The position numbers were made by a program, and so were the translations under genes. The notes below the pieces were generated by a model. It made no database searches. It was given only the letters and a program-made list of their open reading frames with translations, and was not told the DNA's origin. DNA of 64,000 bases from Phoronis australis (lineage: Eukaryota > Animalia > Phoronida), in NCBI GenBank assembly GCA_002633005.1, contig NMRA01000156.1, positions 743,385-807,384 of the forward strand. The letters run 5' to 3'. This document shows, piece after piece, positions 24,901-36,900 of the stretch (position 1 is the stretch's first letter; each line of letters starts with the position of its first letter).

Positions 24901-27900
24901 ATAAATTGCAGACGTGTCTAATCCAGAAGATACTGTGCAGGTCTGTCCAGACATCGTAATGGCCAACTCGAAAATCACTAGGTGACCCAAGTGAGACAAC
25001 ATATCTAGGTAATATGTAAATGCATGTATTCGGAGTCACATTGAGCACCTAGCCAACAGAAGCCCTCATGCTGTCAGATGTCAAAAAGAGCGACCCTTAT
25101 TCATTAACAAACACGCAAATATTCAGAGGCCTAATCTGTCGGCAGCGGTAAATGCGAGTAGAAGTAACAACAGAAAATTATGTTGGCAACGACATGGCCC
25201 AATGTAGATCAGCTGCCAGTCGAACAGATAATGAGCAAAGGAACTGCAAAACAGACTTGAAAAAGAAATTGTGCACGCACTTTCAGCACTGAGAGCTAGC
25301 GCCATCATTGTGGTCATAGTGAAGACACTTGGCTCACGCTTAAATTGAACGAACGGTTGGGTCACAGCAGGCTGTCACTAGACTGTTGAATTGCCATGAC
25401 TAGACTGTTGTATTACCATGACTAGACTGTTGAATTGCCATGACTAGACTGTTGTATTACTATGACTAGACTGTTGTATTAATATGACTAGACTGTTGTA
25501 TTACTATGACTAGACTGTTGTATTACTATGATGCCGTATATAGCTCACTTTCATAATGTTCTAGCCTCCTTAGATGGCCTCAATTTGTTTCTGAGGATGT
25601 TAGGCACATCGAAATATGTTAAGACTTAATCATCACGTTATTTTTCTTCACACGGTCATTACGTTGGGACAAATACTTCAGCGAATCTTTTTACAGGAAG
25701 ACAGAAGCTAATCAGTGCCATCCCAGGAATTTGTTAGATATCTGCCACTTGGTGACTTAACATTAGATTTATCTGCTAGCTGTATAGACTTCCCAAAATC
25801 GATTGCTCAAACATTTTTGTTTATCTGTAAAAAAGGTCCATAGTAAGACCTCTTTTACTTTTTGCATGCACTGGAAGAAATAAAACACTATGATGAAAAT
25901 ATTCTTCTAGTTTTCCACATTCTTTTCTACTTTAATTTCATGTTCATATATCCAACTGGGCCCTTTTAGAAATTGTGCAGTCCCAAGTCTTAAATTAATA
26001 TTTGAGGGAGTTCAGATGTTTTTAAATTTCAATTTAAAGAGGTCGATTCACAGCTATTTATTTGTAGTTAATATGTATACACATGTGCTGACTGTTAATA
26101 AAGATTGCTTATAAACCACATTTCTTTTTATTTCATATCCTATATTCTTCTATTATTCATGTAAAACACGCTCCCACTTCCCCACAAAATTTCGAGAACA
26201 GAAAATTTTCAACTTCGGCTATCTTCGGAATCACGTCACGTCCGGAAGCGGACCCGATCACTGCCGAGTCTGTCCATAGGTTTGTATTGGGACTATCTGG
26301 CACAAATGGAAGCTTTCTGTTTGTTAGAATGGGTTTATTATGCAACTTTTGCCAATTAATTCTCTGAAATGTGACACATATGCACATGGTCTTGAGCGTT
26401 GCCATAAACATTTCACAGTAGTTAGCAATGAGTCCTCAATAAAGTGTTCGAGTACAACCGCACGTCTTTCGCACTGTCTGTCTACGCACGACGTATCACT
26501 GTTGTTGTGTGCCAATGGGAATACTTATTTCCACATTTAACACATTTTTATACTTCAACTCGATTAAAAATTTGAAGAACAATGCCGGACTGTTGTGTGA
26601 TTGGAGGCTGTGACAATGTGTCAGGGTCTGGGGTGTCATTATATAGGTTTTCCACTAACCCCAAACTGCGTCGCAGGTGGTAAGACTTTGTGAGGTCCAC
26701 GAGAGAATTTAGTGGAGCGTCGCCGTATTCGGTGATATGGAGTAAACATCTTTCTGAAGACTGTTTCGAGGTCGACAGCCTGCAATCGCCGTATGGTTGG
26801 AAACCAAGGTAAGATAAATTTTAAATAATATTCAAAACTGTACACGCTGTCGCTTTGCGGAAGCTAGTAGGCCTTGGGCCACAGTAAGCGAACAACATTA
26901 CTAATGGCGTATAACATCGAAGGACACTGTCGGAAGCCGCTTTTCTTTTGAATTGCGATTTTTGCAACATAATTGTGTGTAGTTGCTTGAATGCTACTTA
27001 CCTGTCGTATTTTTGCAATTAAATAAACATTATGGGAATTAAATTAATTCGAGTGCGGGTGACTTTCAACGGTTTCGACCCCCTCTCTGTTCAGTAATTA
27101 CTTAAATGGATATAAAATCAAAAATAAACTTTTGTTATAAAATACAAATTGCAATCCATAACCTACAACAAAACTTATTCCACCTTGCTTTCCACCTACG
27201 CAAATCAAGAAACGTAGGACAAAACGGCAAATAGTCTTGCATATCGCAGTTTATCCGTCTACCAGTCCCGATGTTTGAAATTGCTTTTTATTTAACTTGA
27301 AGCATTATAAATAAATCGAAAATAAACATATTCGCATTCAAACTCGCGGCATTGTTTTTGTTTTCCATTTACCTAACATGATAAAACGTCTGAAGTTGTG
27401 CGGTCATTGTCTTCAGGATCCGCCGCTGTCTCTTCATCCAAAGCTACTGGGACAATTGCAGGCACTGGTTCGAACCTGTAGGGCCCATTTATGTTGTCAA
27501 GAACACGCTCACGATGGTCGTTGTGCATATCGTCTGTGACCGACGCTTCATCGTCACAAAAGATATTCTAAAATTTCCTCGTCGCTGGAAGACTCGTCGC
27601 TAAAGCTTTCGTAATCCATGTTGGTTTCTGCCTTGTGTGACTGCGGTTTACCAGCCGAGTTCATTCCTACAACACAGCTGTCTTCCGGACTCGACATCAT
27701 AGACGCTTATGTAACCGCCTAGTCTGTATTCAGAATAGACTCGGCTGAAGTCGGAGAAGGTCATTACTGCTGGGCTTATCTAATTAATGACGCTGTGCGG
27801 ACAGTAACTACCCCAAGTAACGGGACCCTGCAGTGCTATTCTTTGAGTTGAAAAGCAGTTGTTTTGGTGTGAAACTATGTCTTTAAGAAATACATATACG

Positions 27901-30900
27901 GTGTATAACCAATGACATAGACAGATCGGCTATCACTTACAAAGGGTCTGCCATTTTGTTGTGTGGAAAAGACTGTTATGGACCTGCAAGCCAGTGGGCC
28001 AAAAGGCTCTGTTGGGTCAATTTTAACAAAATAGATACTAAAATGCTTGTACTTTCATACTCTTTCCACTGACATTACTTTCGAATGTTTTGAAATTAAA
28101 ATGAAAATCCTCTTCACTCCTTAAAGGAGAATGCCACCCAAAAAAAGAACCTATTTTGTATCAATTTAGATCGAGTAGTTCCACTCTTTAACAACAAGTT
28201 CAGTTGTTTTACCCGACACCTGATGGGAGACGGAGATGTTGAAATTAACCAATGACGTAATCGCTTCGAACGCAGTCTGTTCAGCTGTTCACAACATGCT
28301 TACTGGTTTCAACTTATTGCTTGAATTCATCGTTTTACCCCAATAAATTGGATGTAAAACCCTTACAAATACATCGAGTTCTTAAACAAACATGTTGTTT
28401 TATTTCACTGTTACAGATTTATAGGTATTTGAACGTACAGAGTTCGGTAGGCCAATTTTCCATGGTCTATCGCGGGAGTTAGGGTCTGTTTGGTAATAAA
28501 TTCGAATCATTCTTCCATGAAATACAGACAGAACATAGCTGTATGTTGTAATTTTAGACTTGCAATTTTTTTTTCAGTTCTAAACACACAAAACGGTTGT
28601 TATCCCACCCAGTGGCTCGGAACCAGATCAGGCTCGTCGCAGGACTGGACATCACGAGCATAAACCAGCTTAAGTTGGAAACTAAACCTCCAGTCAAGAA
28701 AAGACTATACTAGTGAGCCAAAGAAATAATGTGCACGTAATTATTTTGGTGAATTAGCCACAAAACTGAAAACCTACGAAAACCTACATACTTGTAGGGG
28801 GCCGCAAAGTCACTGAGGTTCCCATTAAACGGAAAAGTCAAGGCAAAAGTTGCACAGTAACAACGATTTGAATAATGTATTCGTATATTTAGATAAAGAT
28901 TCCCCAAAAATGTTAACATAGCATGTAAGATCGAGTAAATGTTTCACAACAGCTTTCTGTCAGCAAACACTGAATTAGCACGCGCTCACATGGCCTCGGT
29001 GCTCGGTCAATTATCTTTATTGTATCTAAAGCCCGTAACGCATAACATTTGCACTCACGAATACTCCAATGGCACTACAAATTGTATCTACTGAGACAGA
29101 CTATGTTTCAGTTTTATATAAGCATTGGTTAGGGTGAGAATTTCAACGCAGAATAATAATACTAGAGAGGCGCCATGAACGTGCACAGGCAACGAAAGGT
29201 ATGGATAGTTCTTTGGTAAGCCGGTATTCGTCAGAGAAATCACTGTTGACGAAATGTCGGCCACAGACACGGAGATGTTTCACGGCCTAATACTTGCTAT
29301 TAACAGTGTACTATTCATTCTTTACTACCACGAGCCACTTCCTAAGCAATCCGGGTTCTCGAGGAAGTCGAAAAAACGATATATCCGCTTTTCTTGCAGC
29401 TCCATAGTTCGAGCAAGCGGGAACGATGCACCGCAACATAGCGGCATTCACTCTGCAGATGAACCACTGACGTCGCTGCATCGTTTTTCACGTTCCTCAC
29501 ATGTTAACGCAACACCTCTCGGCAAGGTAAGGTCGACCATGTGCGAGGCGATGTGGCTATAGACCGATTAAGACGCTTAAAAAGACTAATTAAATCGGGT
29601 GGCATTCTCCTTTAACTTACAAGAAGTTTATGCAGCGTACGTCCTTGGCGTCCAAATGGACATTCTAGTACTAATCTGGACGCCTTGGCAAGGACGCCAA
29701 GGCAAGGGCGCCCAATGTATCATTTGGACACCCAGTATCAATTGGAACCTTTCAAGTTTGGACACACACATTGTAATGATTACCAGGAAACCTAGGTACA
29801 TAGCTGAAGGGAGAAGTGAGCTCACAGTGGTGGCTCTTTTCAAAGCAGGAAGAAATATACAGTGTTGCTATGTTCACACTTGATTGACAGCATTGAGTAT
29901 CCACAACACCTTTCAAGGATTAGCAGGTTTTGTTGTCACTTTCTTCCACAGCTAGCTATGCTCCCAGTGATCTTACCTCCAGAGGTCACTACTATATGTA
30001 TAGGGATCAACTCCAAATTGGTGTTTCAGAGCTGTAACTTAATGATTTTCATCTTTTTTAAAAACATCAAAAGCAAATATCATTTTTTAATACAATATTG
30101 TGCCACAAGAATATGCCCATTTAAATTTTTTGAGTTTGCGCCCGTTTCATGCTTTCAATGTGCGTTTAATGTTTTAATATGGAACAGCAGCGACACCAGT
30201 TGCCAAAATATAAATCACACATCACACGTGCATTCTTCTTGTTTCGTAACTGCAGCTCTGAAGCCTCATTTTACAGAATATTAAAGCTCATTAAAATGAT
30301 ATGACAAAATTTATACATCAATTTGAGTTGAAATCACCAAAAAACATAGTGCACTCATCGTATAACCAATATCTCTAATATTTGTTCAGTAAGCTACTTG
30401 GCTGTTTTCGTAAATTTAATTGCAAAAGTCTTGGTCTACACAGTTTATTAGTAAAAAAGCTCACAACTGAAGGCCGTTTTGTAAACTTGGATGTAAAAAC
30501 TTTAGTCTACACATTTTTTGTAAAAAAACTGTGTGGGGGGGTTAGCTGGTGAATGGTCCTGGGGGTGGGGGTTAAGCGTCGGAATCATGGACGCCCTGGA
30601 ATATTGGGAACCACATTTTGGAACGCTATTTTCGAAATCCTGGATAAAGGCCTGCCTTTAAGTGTCCTACCAATAATACCAACTAGCATATTTTTATTTC
30701 ATTTTATTTTATTTTATTTGTTCCTATTAGTCAGTATTTTGCATTCAATATACCAAGGTCCTAATCCACCTATGGCCACACTGCTTTGTATACAGTCAGC
30801 TTCAATACAGCAATAAGGCGCCAAGTGCTTTCACAGCAATTTATAGATTATCTCTCTCTCTCCCTACCTTCCTTCCTCCCTTCCCGCCCGCCCNAATAAG

Positions 30901-33900
30901 TCTTCAAAAGAAAATATATATTAAACAGTTTGGAAAACATGAGTGTTTAAGGATTCAACGGGCATTACTAATTAGTTATACAAGTTTCTGACAACAATCA
31001 TTAGCAGTTTGTTATTTGCGAAAAACGGACGTCAAACAATCTTGGTGCATAAAAAATACACGAGAGAACAATGACCAGAACAGCCCACGCTCAGAGCGGC
31101 GAAAATAAGTCTACAAGTTCATGGTCAAAACCAATCAAAGGGCTTGCGATCGCAAATTAGGTGGATTCATTAAGTTGTTTGGACTAACTAAAGCTAATCA
31201 GCAAAATGCCTGGTACTAAATAAAAATACACGAGAGGACAATGACCAGAACAGCCCATGCTCAGAGCGGCGAAAATAAGTCTACAAGTTCATGGTCAAAA
31301 CCAATCAAAGGGCTTGCGATCGCAAATTAGGTGGATTCATTAAGTTGTTTGGACTAACTAAAGCTAATCAGCAAAATGCCTGGTATTAACACTTAGGCTG
31401 CCTGGCAAAACTGTAATTGCCCTTCATTCTCCATCATGATAGCAGACTATCCTGTCAATGAATTCCGCTTCAACTCAGCTGTCGTGAAGCGAATTCTGGG
31501 TCATGTTGTCTATTACATGCTTTTGGCTTGTACTCCAGGGTTCTAGCTTGAACAATATTGACAATGTGAATGTAGGGTAATCGTTATATCTGTGTAAAAC
31601 ATTACTGACAAAAAAGGTGGAAAACAATTAAGGGGCAAGCTTTGCAGTCTTTTGTCTTTTGGCTTAAACTAAAAGTCAGACATCTGACTACAAATAGCCA
31701 AAAGTTGATACGTTTGACTTTGGATTTTAGTCCACTATTGAGCAGGCTACGGATTTCTGTCTTTTGGCTTCAAGTTGTAGACAGATTTTCTGACTTTTAG
31801 CCTTAGACTGATTTGATCAAACAAGCTAAACCCTTTGATGACTGAATTTTACCCACACACCAAAAGACAACACTCAGTGACTCTGCACGGTGCTGTGGAA
31901 AAAGAAAGACGGTGGTCTGATACCTCATGCCGTGCATCTGACCTGAACAGGCGTTCTCGTTGCTGCATTTCTTTTCTCAGTGTCTTTTCTCATGAGATTT
32001 ACTCCCCTTGTCATGCACCCCAGTTCTGTTCTTACAAACACGTTTCTTCACTGGTGAACTACAGTTTAACACAGTTGTGTTAATCACTCAGTTTTGATGC
32101 GCTACCCAGAAGTCAGAACGCAGCCACTCACTCGTGCCTTCTGTACATGAGAAAAACAAACTGCGGGTTCATGGAAAAACAACTACGTTCACGGGAACAG
32201 AATTGTGGCGACTGAGTAAAAAGAGCCGCGATTCGTGCGGAAATAAAAGTATTTATGAGTCAAAACAGAAACGTGGCGCAAGAGAACAAAACACACCCAG
32301 ACAGACAGGAAGAATGTCGACCCTCACAACCACCGTCAGTGAACAGTGAATAAAGCATAGTATCTGAAAGATTTATACGAATCCAATCAGCCATTTCTCA
32401 GGTATGGTGCTCTAAAGTCAGGCATCCTACATAACCTTGCTTTTGTTACACAACCAGACTATAAAATCTTGCCAATTAGGCAGACGAGCGAAATCTTATT
32501 TTCTCATTTTTCCAAAATAGACAGGCAGCACCAAATTACCATTTTAGACATTTTGAAATTCCATACCACCATGATTTTTTGGCCATACACAACAAAATTT
32601 CCAATGTTCTAAGTTCATTAGAAATGAGCAAATTAAGGTAATTCTGCTCATTTCCTTTGAGAATGGTCAGACTTCACTGTAATAGAGCAGTCCCTGATTA
32701 CACAGATACACTCAAATCTCGCTGTATTTACCCAAAATGCCGTAAACATCCGTCAGGCACATTTGCTGCCTCGTTTTTTAGTGCTACTGGAGTTTCACAA
32801 ATTGTTTGTAGTTGTCTGATTCTATGCAAGTTTTTCTCGGTTGCATTACTCTATCCATCCTTCCAATGACAACAAAGTATTACTGCATACTGTGCTATGG
32901 GCTGCAAGTCCGACGTAAGAAACTTTGATAAACTGGACAAATACCCGTGGACGGCGTGATCTGAAATTCTTCCCCTTCCCGACATCAATGAGATACACGA
33001 AAATGTGCCTGCTTTCCAAAATGAAGTTACCTGCTTTCTAATCTCAGGGACAAAGAGAGTTCTATCGCCGCGTAATCTGGGACGGCCATATTGAAGCACG
33101 TAAACATTTACCCGGAAAGCCACTTGTCACTAGTTCCACCTACCTGCTTCCCTGACCAGAGTTGAACTGGCTTCACAATAGATGGCCTCAGTAGTCGCAC
33201 CGGCCCCTTCTTGTCAGTGAGGGCGCCATACACCAGCTGCTGGTAGTCCCATCGGTCAAACGAGCGTCCACGTATTGTCAGCGACGTGCCAGAGACCATG
33301 TGATCTTGGATGAGACCCGCGAGGGGGGTACCGTCCTTGGGTACCAGGTACTGGTAGTCAGTGCTGGCTGTAATAATTAAAGGGTTAACTATCAGTTTAT
33401 TGGAGGAGGCAGCGTGGCCTAATGGTTTGTTCACTTCCTTTATTCAGGGTCATGGGTTCAAGTCCCACTCAGGTTGCTAAACCCTTGAGTCAGGACTCCA
33501 GCTCTTCAGCTCGATATTAACTATCCATTAATAAAGCATAAAAATGGTTCCGGGTGATCAGTCCATTGAGCCCACTTGAGCAGCCTGGTACAAAGTGAAT
33601 TAGACAGCCTGCAATTATTTATATTAGTAGTTTATTTCATGATCATTTACTGACTATGTTACAAGCTGATGGTCTACGATATTGTAAAAACAGTGCTGAA
33701 TTAAGTCTGGGGCTCCAGATATTACAATTCCCACCTTTCGCCACGATTTTCAAACTGACCCCGTTCATCACCACAGCTTTTGAGAGGCCTCTGTGGTAAC
33801 AAGACAGGGCCCCTATTTTATGCGATCGCCAGACCCTTTGCTGTACCTTTCTTAGTTCAACGGATTGTCCCGCCACCAGGGTTAAAGTCCACTTTCAGCT

Positions 33901-36900
33901 CTCGAAAAAGCATTAAAGTTTGAATGATATTTGAAAGGTATTAGTAACACTTTGACAGCTGCCAGTGTGGCATCAAAAATCATAGTACTAGGGCATTATG
34001 AACTAACAGTAATCAAGCAGTTGACATCGTGCACCTTACTACACTGTAGACGCAGACATTGGAAATTAGGATGACCATGCTCGGTTAGCCTACATAATGG
34101 ACCACTGTGATGGCATCGGAAGATAGTGTTAAGAGATTGCAGCCATTATGACACGTCATGGCACGCCATTTGCAGCCCGAATTAAGCGGAAAAGAATCTG
34201 CAGGTGGAATAAACTGTCATGACTGTCATAAACGGCATTTTGACATTTTCTTTTGGCTTGTGCCGTACTTTGTACATCACCAGTGCACCCGTACTCATTC
34301 CATATCACGGTGATCAACTTTACTAATTGTATTTATTCATCAAACAAATCATACTGTTCATTTTAAAAGTGAAAGAGTTCCCAGTAAAAATCAGACGTAT
34401 CCTCAAACAAAAACCCCAGGATTTGTACTTATAAACACAAAACAGCCTTACAACATCAGTCCAAAACCCACCAATGGTGTACGCTTCGGCACGGGCGACC
34501 TCGTTCTGCGGGAAGTGTGCGTTCATTTCGTCACCATCGAAGTCAGCGTTGTACGCCTTGCAGTTGGCGTAGTGCAGACGCAGGGTTTTCTCCCCTGGCA
34601 GAACGCGCGCTCGGTGTGCCTGGATGCTGGGTCGGTGCAAAGTTGGTTGGCGGTTGAGCAGCAGTACATCACCGTTCTTTAGATGGCGGTACACCTGGAA
34701 GAAGCAAGGGGCTGGTTTGATGAAATCTGGACCACAGTGCAAAGATCATATACAGCATCAAGAGCTACATTCAACTAATACCAGAATTTTCCGTTTTCAA
34801 AAACAGAGAAATTCGTTTCAGCAAAACATAAAATGCCGTTTCTTTCGAACTACATTATTAGATTTCCTTTTAAGTTCTTCAAAGTGATAATTTTAACGTA
34901 AAAATGATCATTGGAAAATTGCCATCTCTTGACGTTGAATTGTGCAGCGGTCCGTTTTACCGATAACTTTCAGCTCACCATGGTTTGCCTGCACTTGTTT
35001 GACTTCGCCTGTTCCACCACGTCACTGTGAGTGAATAGGTGGAATGCACTTTTGATAAAATTCCAAGTTTAAGAACATGGACACTAATATACAAAGCCGA
35101 GACAAATCCATGCGTGCACTTTTAAGTTAATTGACATAAAACACCTGCTCAAGTTTGTTTCGCAATGCTTACTAACTCAAACTTTCACCAGACTGTAATT
35201 ATGATTTTCAATTGACACGAAAAAGAACTTGGCGAGAGCTGTCACCTTCTTGGGTCCTAGAATTCCTCGGTACGATCCCCGCACACTAGGGGTCAGCAGT
35301 TGCTTGGCCATGGCCTCTCTCTGAACTCTGTCCGTGGCGCTGAGCACGGACTTACTCCCATCTTCATTCACAATAAAGGCAGCACTGAAACAGATTAATG
35401 GACAGTTTATATTATGCAGTTCTGGCCCCTTGTTCACCTTAGGGGGAGGGGACCTGTCCCTTCTGATAGGGATATTATTCTCCAGTGGGAGCATCTTCTA
35501 TCTCCTTCAACATCAAATATCTCTGTCGAGACCAATTCCCCCATTCTATTATGCAAGCAGACCATGGACTAACCCAAGAAGGAGTGTCAGGTAGTGAACC
35601 AAGGACTCCAGAGAACGAATATCTTCCTATTGCTACCTAACCTTCGCTGCACTTGCAATGAACTAATCCATATCCATGTCCTGTTCCACATCCAGGCAGA
35701 AAGTTATGAGGTGACACTATGTAGGGTCAAAGTTTGCAGTTATACACCTGTCAAGTCTCTACATGAATTGAAACTGATTCAAACTTTGAGGAGCTTTCTT
35801 GATCATTGGAGAACGTTTGGGCCAGGCGAGGGGAATATTTGGGCCAGGCGAGGAGAATATTTGGGCCTGGCAAGGAGAATATTTGGACCTGGCAATAGGA
35901 ATATTTGAGCCAGGCGAGGGTAATTTTGATTTTTAAATGCATTTCAGAGAAGAATGAGGCTGATATTCAGCCACAAAATCAAGGCATCAAGGGCTCTGTA
36001 GTGTGACGAACTGACACTTATGATTGTTGACCATTCTTCATTTTTAATACAAACATGGCAAACGGATAGCATTCACAATTTCACTGCAGCAATGGATACG
36101 CAGCCTATTGTGATATTTTATCATCAATACATTTTGTGATCAAACTAATGACACACTATCAATTTTATTCAACATAAATCAACACAGGGATTCAGAATTT
36201 AATATAAAAACTCAAAAAGACATCCTTTGCAATAAAATGGCTGATTACCCAGGATGCACCAGCGGCCCATTGATGACAGCCTGCCGCAGTTCCTGCACAT
36301 TCCACGGTGTCACTGGCTGGGGGTACGTGAGCTTCTTGGCGAACACGTCGGGCACACCAATCTCGTTGGTGCCGATATAAGGGTCGGGCGAGATGACAGA
36401 GCGCGCCGCATAATCCACGCGCTTACCCATCATGTGTTTTCGGAACAGTCCTTCCTTCTTCTCAAGCAGCTGAGGAAATCAATAAAAACGATGCTGGTGT
36501 GAATGCATCAATACAAATGATACTGGTGCGAACGCATCAATACAAATGATGCTGGTGTGAACGCATCAATACAAATGATGTTTGTGTGAACGCATCAATA
36601 CAAATGATGTTTGTGTGAACGCATCACTAGAAATGATGCTGGTGTGAACGTATCAATACAAATGATGCTGGTGTGAACGCATCACTACAAATGGTACTGG
36701 TGTGAACGCATCAATACAAATGATGATGGTGCGAACGCATCAATATAAATGATGCTGGTGTGAACGCATCAATACAAATGATGCTGGTGTGAACACATCA
36801 CTACAAATGATGCTGGTGTGAACGCATCAATACAAATGATGCTGGTGTGAACACATCACTACAAATGATGCTGGTGTGAACGCATCAATACAAATGATGC

